Source: an uncultured Acidimicrobiia bacterium
GTDB lineage: Bacteria; Actinomycetota; Acidimicrobiia; Spongiisociales; UBA5794
Direction: 5' to 3'
Assembly (NCBI GenBank): GCA_963708235.1
Contig: OY970200.1
Location: forward strand, 3,223,479 to 3,287,478
DNA length: 64,000 bases
The position numbers and the translations under genes are program-made. The notes under the pieces are model-generated. The model searched no databases. It worked only from the letters and a program-made list of their open reading frames with translations, and was not told where the DNA came from. Of the stretch, positions 1-10,414 are shown in pieces; positions within the stretch are counted from its first letter, which is position 1, and the number at the start of each line of letters is the position of its first letter.

Positions 1-679
1 CGCCGGTTTCGGCCTCGGCACGCATGGTCAGCTCGACATGGGCGCGGTGCATCGGGTTGCGGGTCTGGAACGCAACGACCTTGCTCCAGCCGTTGGCGGC
101 GAAGCCTTCACGGAGCTGGGCCGGGGTCTTGCGGAGATCGGCGTAGTCGTAGTGGAAGGGGGCCTGGAGCGCCTCGACCCGGCCACCGACGTAGACCGGA
201 TGACCGATGTTGAGCAGGTAGTTGACGGCGGGATGGCCGGTGTCGGTGGTCCCGAAGACCTGGGCGGCCTCCTTGTCCCGGTCGGGTCGCCACACGTCAT
301 CGACGTGAATGACGGCCAGCATGACCCCTTCGGGGTCGCGCAGCGCCAGCACCGAACCGGCGGCGAGACCCTCGGCGGCCTCCTCGGAGATGTCGAGGGT
401 GATCGGGATCGGCCACAGCGTTCCATCGGCGAGCCGCATGTCGGCACACACGGACTCGTAGTCCGCCTGACCGAGGAAGCCGTCGAGCGGGGAGAAGGCC
501 CCGTTGACCAGTAGTTCGAGGTCGCAGACCTGACGTTCGGTCAGATCCCACGAGGGGTAGTCGACGGAAAGGTTCTTCAGCTCGGCGGCACGCTCGGAGT
601 CGACCAGAAGATCGACCAGTGTGCCGCCGTGTGGCTCGATGAGCTCAGGCACGTCACGGCTCCAGGTTTCGATGGGCAT
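1..679 (-). CDS. sat: sulfate adenylyltransferase (ATP sulfurylase), N-terminal ~226 aa; gene continues beyond window start
   Basis: Minus-strand translation from the ATG at complement 677-679 gives MPIETWSRDVPELIEPHGGTLVDL...GFAANGWSKVVAFQTRNPMHRAHVELT. This includes the QTRNP/HRAH ATP-sulfurylase signature and has high GC3. It is absent from the ORF track because there is no stop codon inside the window. Confidence 0.8.
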   Translation of the reverse strand, partial: MPIETWSRDVPELIEPHGGTLVDLLVDSERAAELKNLSVDYPSWDLTERQVCDLELLVNGAFSPLDGFLGQADYESVCADMRLADGTLWPIPITLDISEEAAEGLAAGSVLALRDPEGVMLAVIHVDDVWRPDRDKEAAQVFGTTDTGHPAVNYLLNIGHPVYVGGRVEALQAPFHYDYADLRKTPAQLREGFAANGWSKVVAFQTRNPMHRAHVELTMRAEAETG

Positions 680-914
680 CACAAAGGAAGCAAGCCGGGT
701 TCAGCGGGCGCCTACGGCGCACCCGGCGCCCGGGAACTCTAGGAGTCCCAACGCCCGAAACGAAACCGGGACAAGCGACACGGTATGCGACGCCACCCTC
801 GAACCCTCGGGATCGTTCCTCTTCCAGGCCCTCCCCGCCCGATCGAGCCCTCTCTGGGCGCGGTGGCCCGGACACTTTAAGGGCCATGAACGGGCGGTGG
901 GCCGTTATGAAGCT

Positions 915-1835
915 CCCCGCCCAGCGGACGCAGACGGGCGGGGCGCGACGCCTACGTCGGAAGCCAGCCGTGCCAACCGACCCGCCGTCGCGACCGGGCC
1001 TTGCACCTCCACGACGCGAGCAACCCCGCACGGAGCTTGCTTTTCTGGCCCTCCCCTCCTCGGGAGGAGGGGTGGCTGCGGACGCTTAGCGGACGCAGAC
1101 GGGGCGGAGCGAGACCGCAAGATCCACCTCGCCAACAGCGTCACCGACGGACGCCCGACCAGCCAGACGAAACGAAACACGGCCCCTTCTGGCCCTCCCC
1201 TCCTCGGGAGGAGGGGAGGCTGCGGACGCTTAGCGGACGCAGACGGGGCGGAGCGAGACCGCAAGATCCACCTCGCCAACAGCGTCACCGACGGACGCCC
1301 GACCAGCCAGACGAAACGAAACACGGCCCCTTCTGGCCCTCCCCTCCTCGGGAGGAGGGGAGGCTGCGGACGCTTAGCGGACGCAGACGGGGCGGAGCGA
1401 GACCGCAAGATCCACCTCGCCAGCAGCGTCACCGACGGACGCCCGACCAGCCAGACGAAACGAAACACGGCCCCTTCTGGCCCTCCCCTCCTCGGGAGGA
1501 GGGGTGGCTGCGGACGCTTAGCGGACGCAGACGGGGCGGAGCGAGACCGCAAGATCCACCTCGCCAACAGCGTCACCGACGGACGCCCGACCAGCCAGAC
1601 GAAACGAAGCACGGCCCCTTCTGGCCCTCCCCTCCTCGGGAGGAGGGGTGGCTGCGGACGCAAACGGGGCGGAGCGCGACCGCAAGATCCACCTCGCCAG
1701 CAGCGTCACCGACGGACGCCCGACCAGCCAGACGAAACGAAACACGGCCCCTTCTGGCCCTCCCCTCCTCGGGAGGAGGGGTGGCTGCGGACGCTTAGCG
1801 GACGCAGACGGGGCGGAGCGCGACGCCAAAGTCTG
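915..1835. repeat. tandem array of a 144-bp unit (one degenerate leading copy, about five full copies, one short 132-bp copy and a partial last copy); each unit carries the palindrome CCCCTCCTCGGGAGGAGGGG
   Basis: The motif TTCTGGCCCTCCCCTCCTCGGGAGGAGGGG recurs at 1043, 1187, 1331, 1475, 1620 and 1752 (period 144, last period 132). Copies are nearly identical and contiguous with no spacers, and the region is intergenic between sat and the DivIVA gene. Confidence 0.9.
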
Positions 1836-1893
1836 ATACCCAGAACTGTCACCGACACCCACTCAAGCACGCGGCCCATCGGGGCACCCACAC

Positions 1894-2643
1894 TCAGCCC
1901 TCGGGGGAGTGATCCCGTCGGGTATCGGCCGCCGGCTCGTCGGTCTCGGCGAATCGCGCCACGAAACGGTCGGCGGTCTCCTGGGCTTCGGCGGCGATCT
2001 GTGCCGCTTCGGCACGGGCGGCGGCGAGTAGGGCGCCGGCCCGCCGCTCGGCGGCGGCGAGGATCTGGCCGGCCTGCTGTGTCGTCTCGTCCGCCTGGCG
2101 ATGCCGCTCCGAGACATCCGATGCCAGCTCGGAGTGGCGCTGCGCATCGGACTCGAGCCGGGAGGCCCTGCGGCGCCAGCCTTCGAGCTGGATCTCGAGA
2201 TCGGCGTGGCGCTGCTCGGCGGCGACAAGCTGAGCGCGCAGGTCGGCGATCCGTTCGTCGGGGTCGACCACCTCGACCGATTCGGCGATGGCGACCACAC
2301 GGCGTCGCGCCTCCTCCTCGATCTCCCAGGCCCGTTCCTCGGCTTGCAGCAGGATCCGGTCCTTGGCCTCGAAGGCCGCCAACATCGCATCGTCGATCAC
2401 CCCGCGCTCCGCCACCTTCGCCAGGCGGGCGTCGTTGCGGGCGTGCGAGATCCGCGCCTCGAGTTCGTGGGTGAACGCGGCGAAGTTCTTGATCAACTTC
2501 TCGAGCCGGGTCAGATAGGCGTCGACTTCGACCGGGTCGAGCCCGCCCTTCTTCAGGGTGCCAAACCCTGGACGTCGCAACTCACCCAGCTCGAAACGGG
2601 GATCGGCGACCCATTGCGGTTCTTCCGGAGGCGGGATGGTCAC
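1894..2643 (-). CDS. DivIVA-domain protein (coiled-coil cell-division/polar scaffold family)
   Basis: The N-terminus ...RPGFGTLKKGGLDPVEVDAYLTRLEKLIKNF matches the DivIVA N-terminal motif (RGYdpdEVDaFL). The rest is Ala/Glu/Arg-rich coiled coil. Confidence 0.75.
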   Translation of the reverse strand: MTIPPPEEPQWVADPRFELGELRRPGFGTLKKGGLDPVEVDAYLTRLEKLIKNFAAFTHELEARISHARNDARLAKVAERGVIDDAMLAAFEAKDRILLQAEERAWEIEEEARRRVVAIAESVEVVDPDERIADLRAQLVAAEQRHADLEIQLEGWRRRASRLESDAQRHSELASDVSERHRQADETTQQAGQILAAAERRAGALLAAARAEAAQIAAEAQETADRFVARFAETDEPAADTRRDHSPEG

Positions 2644-2828
2644 GGCGATGTCCTGTGGTCGGGGGGCGCCGGGCGGTCGCCGGTGCGGTCAGGCGGACGG
2701 GACCCGTTCCCGATCAGACCGGAACCGGGGTGGCGTCGAAGCGCAAACCGCAGACGAGCGACCATGGTGTCCTCAGCCTACGGTCGTCCGGCTGTCTTGC
2801 CGGACGACCGTGGCAAGGTGACCGCAGG

Positions 2829-4358
2829 TCAGATGGCGTCGACGATGCTCTGGTCGAGGCCGGGGAACCCGGCGAGGTACTCACGGCGGGCGGTGATCAG
2901 CCCGGCGACGAACCGCTGGTACTCGTCGAGACGCCCCTGGCGCTCGTAGAGCTTGCGGGGCTGGAGCAGTTCCTCGTCGTCGAAGTCGGGGACCGAGGTG
3001 GCGATCTCGTACCCGAAGTCCGGGTCGGTCTCCCATTCGATGGTCCCGGACACGATCCCGGCGACCACTGCCGAGCTGTGGGGGATGGTGACCTTCTTCG
3101 AGCGGTCATCCTCGGGTCCGCCACCGACACGGCCGGTGCTCATGACGTAGACCTCGAGGTCGGGCATCGTCTCCAACAGTTCGAGGAAGCGGTTGCCCTG
3201 AAGGGCGTCGTTGTCGAAGAAGAACGGGTTGGTGCCCGGTACCCGCAGCGACTTGCCGGCTTCGGCGGCGCCACCTGCCGAGGTCCCTTTGGTCTCGCCG
3301 AGCATGAAGTAGGCGGCGGCCTGCTCCCGCTTGAGTCGTGCCACCGCCGGGATCAGGGTCTCGTTGCGGTTGAGCAGGAACAGGTAGTTGGCGACGGGCA
3401 GGTTGGACGGGTCGCGATGGCGGATGTTGGCCAGCGGGAATGTCGAGCGACCGTTGCGGGTGTACGAGTCGTTGAAGAAGTCGACTTTGCCGTCGGCGTC
3501 GACGTAGGTGTTCTCGAGCCAGGCGTCGGGGCGGGTGGTACCGCCGTGGATGCTGGGTTCGTCGATCGGATCGAGACCGTAGGTCTTGGCGAAACAACCG
3601 TTCTCGGACGAATACACCTTGCCACCGGGGAACAACGCCACGAAGTCGTCCTGGACCGGGAGCGAGTCGAGCTGCTGACGGAAGGTGGTGGTGGTCTTGC
3701 CGGTGCCGGAGAGACCGAGGATGAGGGCGGCCTTCTCCTCACCGTTCACATCAGGGAACGTCTTGAGACCGGAGTGCAGGGCAAGCCCGCCACGGTGGTA
3801 CACCAGGTAGTTCCACATCCGCAGCCCGCCCATCTTCGACTCACCGAAGTAGTCGGATCCGAAGACGCGGGTGACGTAGTTGTCGTGGTCGACGACGATC
3901 AACTTGTCCTCGGGCATGCCGGGCGCCGCCAGCGACGGCGTGTAGATGACCGTGAACTCGGGAGTCCACTGGTCGTCCGCCGGGAAGTAGAGCTGCTGCT
4001 GCATCGCCGGGATGTTCGCCTGGGTCCGCTCCATGTAGAGACGGGACCCGGTGCGGAACTCGGGATCGGGACCGATGTAGCCCTCGATCAGGATCATGTC
4101 CTGGTCGGCGATGTGCTCGTCCTGGAGACGGGCCCACTTGTCGTACTCGCTGCGGGGGAGCCAGTTCTTGTGGTTGTCCTCCTCGACGACGAAGAACGTC
4201 GACTTGGAGAGCCGGGAGACCACTTCGGCCTGGTAGTTGATGTTGTCGAACTCGGTGACGGTGACCCGGGGCATGTACTCCAGGACCCAGGACCGCATCT
4301 CTTGTTGCGTCGGATTGACAGCCACCGACTTGGCCGGCGGCAGCTCAAACGTCACAGT
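2829..4358 (-). CDS. pckA: phosphoenolpyruvate carboxykinase (ATP)
   Basis: The translation contains the GLSGTGKTT kinase-1a motif, HSGLKTFPDVNG and YFMLGETKGTSAGG, which are typical of ATP-PEPCK. The start is set at the GTG (VTFELPP...) preceded by AGGAGAGAG, because the upstream Met extension is Arg/Pro-rich junk. Confidence 0.85.
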   Translation of the reverse strand, partial: TVTFELPPAKSVAVNPTQQEMRSWVLEYMPRVTVTEFDNINYQAEVVSRLSKSTFFVVEEDNHKNWLPRSEYDKWARLQDEHIADQDMILIEGYIGPDPEFRTGSRLYMERTQANIPAMQQQLYFPADDQWTPEFTVIYTPSLAAPGMPEDKLIVVDHDNYVTRVFGSDYFGESKMGGLRMWNYLVYHRGGLALHSGLKTFPDVNGEEKAALILGLSGTGKTTTTFRQQLDSLPVQDDFVALFPGGKVYSSENGCFAKTYGLDPIDEPSIHGGTTRPDAWLENTYVDADGKVDFFNDSYTRNGRSTFPLANIRHRDPSNLPVANYLFLLNRNETLIPAVARLKREQAAAYFMLGETKGTSAGGAAEAGKSLRVPGTNPFFFDNDALQGNRFLELLETMPDLEVYVMSTGRVGGGPEDDRSKKVTIPHSSAVVAGIVSGTIEWETDPDFGYEIATSVPDFDDEELLQPRKLYERQGRLDEYQRFVAGLITARREYLAGFPGLDQSIVDAI

Positions 4359-4472
4359 CTCTCTCCTAAACGACGGGGTGGACACCGAGCTTAACGCGAC
4401 CGACAGTGCACCTGGATTCAGATGGCGCCGGGGTCGGCGGGCGTCACGTCGACACCCGCCGACCACCGCGGT

Positions 4473-5522
4473 TCAGGCGATCGTCACCGCATCGTCGAGG
4501 TATACATCCTGAATGGCGTTGAGCAGGGCGATCCCTTCGGCCTTGGGGCGCTGGAAAGCCTTCCGACCGCTGATCAGACCGGAGCCGCCGGCCCGCTTGT
4601 TGATCACCGCGGTCCGCACCGCTTCGGCCGTGTCGCTCTCTCCCGCCGAGGCGCCGCCCGAGTTGATCAGACCGATGCGACCCATGTAGCAGTTGGCGAC
4701 CTGCCACCTGGTGAGGTCGATCGGGTGATCGGTGGTCAGCTTGTCATACACCTGGGCATGGGTCTTGCCGTACCCGACGGCGGTGTAGCCGCCGTTGTTC
4801 TCGGGGAGCTTCTGCTTGATGATGTCGGCCTCGATGGTCACGCCGAGATGATTGGCCTGTCCGGTGAGGTCGGCAGATGCCTCGTAGTTGACGCCGTCGA
4901 TGGTGAACCCCGAGTTGCGGACGTAGCACCACAACACGGTGAACAGCCCGAGCTCGTGGGCACGGGCGAATGCCTCGCTGACCTCCTGGAGCTGCCGGGT
5001 GGATTCCTCGGATCCGAAGTAGATGGTCGCACCCACCCCTGCTGCGCCGAGGTCGTACGCCTGGTCGACGTTGCCGTACATCACCTGGTCGTGGCGGTTG
5101 GGGTACGAGAGCAGCTCGTTGTGGTTGAGCTTGACGATGAACGGGATGCGATGCGAGTAACGGCGGGACACCAGACCGAGGACGCCGAGGGTGGTGGCCA
5201 CCCCGTTGCACCCGGCCTCGACCGCCAGTTCGACGATGTTCTTCGGATCGAAGTAGGCGGGGCTGGGTGCGAACGACGCCGCCGCCGAGTGCTCGATGCC
5301 CTGGTCGACCGGCAGGATCGAGAGGTAGCCGGTGCCGCCGAGGCGACCGTGACCGTAGAGCGCCTGCAGGTTGCGGAGCACCTGGGGGCTGCGGTCGCTG
5401 TCGATGAAGACGCGCTCGACGAAGTCGGGGCCGGGGAGGGTGAGGTCGGTCTTCGGGATGCCCGTCGCTTCGTAGGCGAGCAGTTCATCGGCGTCGTCAC
5501 CCAAGAGTGTGGTCAGGTCCAT
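4473..5522 (-). CDS. fbaB: class I fructose-bisphosphate aldolase (DhnA/FbaB archaeal-type family)
   Basis: [27 protein letters not shown]...[15 protein letters not shown]...[13 protein letters not shown] is characteristic of the DhnA-family class I aldolase. GAGGAG lies 8 nt upstream of the ATG at complement 5522. Confidence 0.75.
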   Translation of the reverse strand: MDLTTLLGDDADELLAYEATGIPKTDLTLPGPDFVERVFIDSDRSPQVLRNLQALYGHGRLGGTGYLSILPVDQGIEHSAAASFAPSPAYFDPKNIVELAVEAGCNGVATTLGVLGLVSRRYSHRIPFIVKLNHNELLSYPNRHDQVMYGNVDQAYDLGAAGVGATIYFGSEESTRQLQEVSEAFARAHELGLFTVLWCYVRNSGFTIDGVNYEASADLTGQANHLGVTIEADIIKQKLPENNGGYTAVGYGKTHAQVYDKLTTDHPIDLTRWQVANCYMGRIGLINSGGASAGESDTAEAVRTAVINKRAGGSGLISGRKAFQRPKAEGIALLNAIQDVYLDDAVTIA

Positions 5523-5656
5523 GCTGTTCGGTCTCCTCGGGAAGGCTCGGGGTTCCATTATGGCCGACCGAGGGTCAGCCGGCCCCGGGAAGGACGACGG
5601 GAACGCACCGAATCAGATTGCGCCGGCGCCGGCAGTCGGTGCCGGGTGCGGACCGG

Positions 5657-7384
5657 TCAGCCGAGACCCATGGCGCCGGCAAGGGCGGTGGCGATGCTCC
5701 GGGCCTTATCGGTGAGTTGACTGTCGAGGGCTCCGAGGTCCGCATCGCCGGTGACCGGGGCGGTGAGGTCGACGTAGATCTTCATCTTGGGTTCGGTGCC
5801 CGACGGGCGGACCAGCACCCGGCCGCGGTCGCCGAGATCGAACACCACGAGCGGCGTGGCACCGAGGTACCTGGGGCGCTCGTCGTCACCGGTGCGGTAG
5901 TCGGTCACCGCCACCACGGGGACACCGTCGATCTCGTCGGGTGGGTTGGCGGCAATGGTGTCGATGGCAGCGGTGATCTCGGTGGCGCCGTCGACGCCGG
6001 CCCGCACCACGCTGTGCTGGACCGACACCCACAGCCCGTGTCGCCGGTAGAGATCGGCGAGCAGATCCCACACCGTCCGGTTGTCCGCAGCGGCACCGGC
6101 CACGAGATCGGCGAAGATCACCGCCGCCGATATCCCGTCCTTGTCGCGCACGGCAGGCGTGACGCAGTATCCCAGCGCCTCCTCGTACCCGAACAGAAAA
6201 CGCCCGACCGAACCGGCCTCAAGGTCCAGGGCGGCATTCCAGATCCACTTGAACCCGGTGAGCGTGGCGGCATGGGCGGCACCGTGATGGGCGGCGATGG
6301 CGGCGAGCATCGGCGACGACACGATCGAGTTGAGCACGATGGGCGCATCGATCTTGGTGTGGGTGAGCAGGTACTCACCGAGAAGCACCCCGATCTGGTT
6401 GCCGGTGAGCGGGACCCAGTTCCCGGCGGCGTCGGGGGCGGCGGCGGCGAGCCGGTCGGTGTCGGGATCGTTGGCGAGGATCAGATCGGCGTTCGATTCC
6501 TGGGCCTGGGCGATGGCGAGGTCGAGCGCTCCCGGCTCCTCCGGGTTGGGGAACGCCACCGTGGGGAAGTGCCCGTCGGGGGCGAACTGTTCGGCGACGG
6601 GGTCGACCGAATGGTGCCCGAAGCGGTTCAGGGCGCTCACCACATACTCCCCGCCGACCCCGTGCATCGGGGTGAAAACGATCCGGATCTGGTGCGGAGG
6701 CTCCGCTGCGGTACGGATCTCGGAGAGTCGTTCCAGGTACCGCTCGAAGATGTCGATCGGGACCGCCTCCACCAGCGGGGCGTGCCACTCCCCGGCAAGC
6801 AGGCGAACCCCGGTGGCGGGTCCGACCCGCTCGATCGCACCGGCAATGAGGCGGTCGGTGGGTGGGACGATCTGGGCGCCGTTGGTGTCGTACACCTTGT
6901 AGCCGTTGTCGGCCGGGGGGTTGTGGCTGGCGGTGATCACGATGGCGGCCCGGGCCCCCAGCTCGAGGGCGGCAAAGGCAACGAGCGGGGTCGGGACCGG
7001 TTCGGGGAAGTAGCGGACCGGGATCCCGGCGGCACCGAGCACGTCGATGGTGTCGTCCATGAAACGGCGGCTGGAGAGGCGGGCGTCGTGACCGACGACG
7101 ATCGGCCCGTCACCGCCTCGCCCGGTGTAGTGGGCGGCAAGCCCCGCCGTGGTACGGATCACGACGGCGCGGTTCATCCGGTTCGAGCCTGCCTCGACCC
7201 TGCCGCGCAACCCGGCGGTTCCGAACTCGAGCGCCCCTGCCATCCGCTCCGCAAGCTCGCTGTGGTCGTGGCTGGCGACCAGCCGGCGCAGCTCGGCTCG
7301 GGTCTGCGGGTCGGGGTCTGCGGCGATCCATTGCTCGGCTGCGGTGGTGAGGTCGTCTGCCATGTGAGCGAGGCTAATGCCCAT
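5657..7384 (-). CDS. phosphoglucomutase/phosphomannomutase family protein (alpha-D-phosphohexomutase)
   Basis: The translation carries the active-site loop TASHNPPADNGYKVY, a GTEPKMKIY sugar-binding loop and an FTPMHGVGG metal-binding region. The long N-terminal extension of the track ORF is Arg/Gly-rich junk. The start is set at MGISLAHMADD, which abuts the stop codon of the next gene. Confidence 0.8.
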   Translation of the reverse strand: MGISLAHMADDLTTAAEQWIAADPDPQTRAELRRLVASHDHSELAERMAGALEFGTAGLRGRVEAGSNRMNRAVVIRTTAGLAAHYTGRGGDGPIVVGHDARLSSRRFMDDTIDVLGAAGIPVRYFPEPVPTPLVAFAALELGARAAIVITASHNPPADNGYKVYDTNGAQIVPPTDRLIAGAIERVGPATGVRLLAGEWHAPLVEAVPIDIFERYLERLSEIRTAAEPPHQIRIVFTPMHGVGGEYVVSALNRFGHHSVDPVAEQFAPDGHFPTVAFPNPEEPGALDLAIAQAQESNADLILANDPDTDRLAAAAPDAAGNWVPLTGNQIGVLLGEYLLTHTKIDAPIVLNSIVSSPMLAAIAAHHGAAHAATLTGFKWIWNAALDLEAGSVGRFLFGYEEALGYCVTPAVRDKDGISAAVIFADLVAGAAADNRTVWDLLADLYRRHGLWVSVQHSVVRAGVDGATEITAAIDTIAANPPDEIDGVPVVAVTDYRTGDDERPRYLGATPLVVFDLGDRGRVLVRPSGTEPKMKIYVDLTAPVTGDADLGALDSQLTDKARSIATALAGAMGLG

Positions 7385-7386
7385 CG

Positions 7387-8097
7387 TCACCCGCTGTCGC
7401 CCGACCCTTCCGGCTGCGTCGGATCCTGCGGTTCGGGCGGGCGCAACCTTCTTGGGGTGAGGTCGACCGGACCGGGGGTGACCCATCCCAGACGGAGCGA
7501 GAACAGCCGGATGGCGGCGACGGCGGCGACGACCAGAAGCCCGGCGGCGCCACCCGGCATGACGCCATACCCGGTGAGAGTGACGTAAGTGGCGGCGCCG
7601 AGAATGCTCAGGGTCGCATATGGCGCATCGCGTCGGAAGACCATCGGCGGCAGGGTTCCGGTGAACACATCCCGCAGGATCGAGCCACCCACACCGGTGA
7701 TCACACCGAGCATCACCGCCGAGATCGCCGGCAGCCCGAAGATGAGGCCGCGCTCGGTCCCGACAATGGTGAAAAAGCCCAGGGCGAGCGCATCGATTCC
7801 GACCAGCATCCACCCGACGCGTTTCACCACCGCACCGAACAGAAACCCGAGCAGCGCCGCCACCCCGACCGTCCACAGGTAGGCAGGCTCCCGCAGGGCG
7901 AGAGGAATGGTCCCGAGCAGCATGTCGCGGATCATGCCGCCACCCAACCCGGACACGACACCGATGGCGAGCACACCGATCACATCGAGGTGACGTCGGG
8001 CGGCGATGGCGGTTCCGGCAAGGGCGCCCGCCACGACCGCGGCCAGTTCCACCCACAGCGGAGGCGCCAACACCTGGGCATCGAGGAAACCGGGCAT
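7387..8097 (-). CDS. TRIC/UPF0126 (YadS-type, glycine-transporter-domain) trimeric intracellular cation channel family membrane protein
   Basis: Two internal repeats of a three-helix glycine-rich membrane domain are present (GVVSGLGGGMIRDMLLG...; GVITGVGGSILRDVF), which is the UPF0126 pattern. Confidence 0.65.
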   Translation of the reverse strand: MPGFLDAQVLAPPLWVELAAVVAGALAGTAIAARRHLDVIGVLAIGVVSGLGGGMIRDMLLGTIPLALREPAYLWTVGVAALLGFLFGAVVKRVGWMLVGIDALALGFFTIVGTERGLIFGLPAISAVMLGVITGVGGSILRDVFTGTLPPMVFRRDAPYATLSILGAATYVTLTGYGVMPGGAAGLLVVAAVAAIRLFSLRLGWVTPGPVDLTPRRLRPPEPQDPTQPEGSGDSG

Positions 8098-8264
8098 GCG
8101 ACCAAGCTACGGCGTTGATGCGGGAACCGCCAGCCTCAACCCTGCGGCAGGATCATGGTGGGTATTGCGAACAGGGAACCGCCGCCTCTCCAGACAATAT
8201 GCCGTTGTCTCTTGTCTTACACCGTCCTGCTTACCAAGTTACCTGACCTGAGTAAAAAAAGGCG

Positions 8265-8293
8265 TTGTCCTGGCGCCGGTAACAGGCGATACT
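8265..8293 (+). promoter_or_regulatory. sigma-70-like promoter TTGTCC-N17-GATACT upstream of the first S15 peptidase
   Basis: Hexamers sit at 8265-8270 and 8288-8293 with a 17-nt spacer, in an unusually AT-rich 250-bp intergenic region. The same -10 hexamer and geometry recur upstream of the paralog at 10415-10443. Confidence 0.4.
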
Positions 8294-8356
8294 CGTGCGT
8301 TCAGGGAGGGTGCTCGCATGGGGGCGCTCGATTGATCCGCTCTCTAGGAGGTTCCT

Positions 8357-10288
8357 TTGAAGCACACGGGGAAACGCGCGCTCGTGCTCGCCATCGCCGC
8401 ATTGATGGCACTGGCTCTGGTACCGGCTTCGGCCAGCGCCAGCTCTGCACTGGCCCAGGTTGAATATCCGGACGAGATCGTCATCGCCGACGGGGTCACC
8501 CAGCCGGTGTTCGGCTACAGCGATGCGATTCGCGAACGAGTGTGGGTCGAGGCCGACTTCGACAGCGACATGGACGGCGTCAAGGATCTCGTCGCCATGG
8601 ACATCATGCGTCCCGCCAAGTCGGCCGACGGACTCGAGGTCCCGGTCGTGATGGACGCCAGCCCGTACTACACGACCTCGTGTCGCGGCAACGAGAGCCA
8701 GTGCATCTCCGACACCAACGGTGACGGGATCAACGACCGCTGGCCGCTGTTCTACGACAACTACTTCGTGCCCCGCGGGTACGCCGTGGTGCTGCTGCAC
8801 ATGGCCGGCACCGCCTCGTCGACCGGTTGCCCGGTCACCGGCGGAACTCCCGACAACCTCAGCGCCGTCGCCGCCATCGACTGGCTCAACGGTCGTCGTC
8901 CCGGTATCAACGGGGCCGGAGAGTCGGTTGTCGCCGACTGGCACAACGGGCACACCGGAATGATCGGCAAGTCGTACGACGGCACGCTGGCCAACGCCGC
9001 CGCCGCCACCGGAGTCGAGGGTCTGTCGACCATCGTTCCGATCTCGGCGATCTCGAGCTGGTACGACTACAGCCGTTCCAACGGCATCCGCTTCAACACC
9101 AACTACCCGTCCAGCCTCTCCAACACGGTGACCAATGCGGCCCGCCGCGCCTACTGCGCTCCGATCCGCACCATCCTCAACGACACCGACGGTGACGAGA
9201 CCGGTGACTTCACCGACTTCTGGGTGGAGCGCGACTACCACAAGGACATCGACAACGTCGACACCCCGGTGTTCGTGATCCACGGTCTCCAGGACAACAA
9301 CGTCAAGACCGACCACGCCTCCAAGTGGTGGTACGGCCTCGCCGAGCGCGACGTCCCCCGCAAGATCTGGCTGAACCGCTCGGGTCACGAAGACCCGTTC
9401 GACTTCAACCGGGCCTACTGGGTCGAGACCATCCACCGTTGGTTCGACCATCACCTGCAGGGTGTCGAGAACGGGATCATGGACGAGCCGATGGCCGATG
9501 TGGAGTACGCCGCCAATGAGTGGGTCAAGTACGACACCTGGCCGGTGCCGAACTCGACCCAGACCAACCTGTACTTCAACCCGGTGGGCACCGGCTCCGC
9601 CGGAACCCTGGATCTGACGCAGCCGGCGATGGGGACCACCCAGAGCTATGTCGACCGCAGCAACCAGTCCGAGGCACAGGCGGTCAACACTCCCAACAAT
9701 GCCAACCCCAACCGCCTGGTGTATCTCTCCGAGCCGCTGACGGCGCCGCTGCACATCTCGGGCACACCCGAGTTGAAGCTGAAGGCGAAGGTCAACGACA
9801 CCTTCACCAACTTCGGTGTGGTGCTGATGGAGTACACCGGTGCCAGCCGCGCCCAGGTGACGACCACCAGCGACGGGGTCGCCAACGTTCCGGGCAGCCC
9901 GCGTGACTGTTGGGGCCCAGAGGTCGTCGGCGACTTCTCGTCCTGCTACATCCAGACCCAGACCAACACCACCAACCAGACGCAGTGGCGGGTGAGCAAG
10001 GGAATCGTGGATGGTCAGAACATCTACGACTACACCACCCAGACGCCGCTGCGGCCGAACAAGTGGTACAACTTCGACTACGTGCTCCTGCCCAATGACT
10101 ACGTCTTCCCGGTCGGCAGCCGGATCGGCGTGGTCCTGGTCGGCAGCTACTCGGGTTACTCCAGCGTGGCCGTGACCAATGCCGCCGAAGTGACCATCGA
10201 TCTCGGCAACAGCCGCATCTCCCTGCCCATCGTCGGCGGCAAGCGTGCCGCCTTCGATGCGGGGATCACCGACAGCAACCGGGGCTGA
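8357..10288 (+). CDS. secreted S15-family peptidase (Xaa-Pro dipeptidyl-peptidase / CocE-NonD hydrolase family), copy 1
   Basis: TTG start after AGGAGG; signal peptide MKHTGKRALVLAIAALMALALVPASASA. The nucleophile elbow is GKSYDG in an alpha/beta hydrolase core, with a C-terminal beta-sandwich region. It is 643 aa. Confidence 0.75.
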   Translation: MKHTGKRALVLAIAALMALALVPASASASSALAQVEYPDEIVIADGVTQPVFGYSDAIRERVWVEADFDSDMDGVKDLVAMDIMRPAKSADGLEVPVVMDASPYYTTSCRGNESQCISDTNGDGINDRWPLFYDNYFVPRGYAVVLLHMAGTASSTGCPVTGGTPDNLSAVAAIDWLNGRRPGINGAGESVVADWHNGHTGMIGKSYDGTLANAAAATGVEGLSTIVPISAISSWYDYSRSNGIRFNTNYPSSLSNTVTNAARRAYCAPIRTILNDTDGDETGDFTDFWVERDYHKDIDNVDTPVFVIHGLQDNNVKTDHASKWWYGLAERDVPRKIWLNRSGHEDPFDFNRAYWVETIHRWFDHHLQGVENGIMDEPMADVEYAANEWVKYDTWPVPNSTQTNLYFNPVGTGSAGTLDLTQPAMGTTQSYVDRSNQSEAQAVNTPNNANPNRLVYLSEPLTAPLHISGTPELKLKAKVNDTFTNFGVVLMEYTGASRAQVTTTSDGVANVPGSPRDCWGPEVVGDFSSCYIQTQTNTTNQTQWRVSKGIVDGQNIYDYTTQTPLRPNKWYNFDYVLLPNDYVFPVGSRIGVVLVGSYSGYSSVAVTNAAEVTIDLGNSRISLPIVGGKRAAFDAGITDSNRG

Positions 10289-10310
10289 GCGACCTCACCC
10301 CCCGACCGCA

Positions 10311-10339
10311 GCGACCCCCGGCCTCTTGCCGGGGGTCGC
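10311..10339 (+). terminator. GC-rich hairpin (12-bp stem GCGACCCCCGGC / GCCGGGGGTCGC, 5-nt loop) immediately after the peptidase stop
   Basis: A perfect inverted repeat sits 23 nt after the stop codon. There is no strong T-tract, which is common in high-GC actinobacteria. Confidence 0.5.
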
Positions 10340-10414
10340 TGTACGTCACGGGCAGTTCCAGTCCCACCACCGGCACCGGCGCACCCACCGCCGACCGGAG
10401 TAACTAGAAATACG

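Noticed and set aside
1040-1835. Possible CRISPR array
   Set aside because: The repeats are 144 bp and directly adjacent, with no unique spacers. There are no cas genes nearby.
621-2474. 617-aa plus-strand ORF, plus overlapping ORFs at 905-1663 (minus) and 1001-1798 (plus), running through the tandem repeats
   Set aside because: The translation is an exact periodic repeat of the 144-bp unit and Arg/Pro/Gly-rich. The region is the intergenic space between two well-supported minus-strand genes.
2655-4394. 579-aa plus-strand ORF
   Set aside because: It is antisense to the well-supported pckA gene. The composition is Gly/Val/Asp/Arg-biased, typical of the opposite strand of a high-GC gene.
5507-7588. 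693-aa plus-strand ORF
   Set aside because: It is antisense to the phosphohexomutase gene. No motifs are present.
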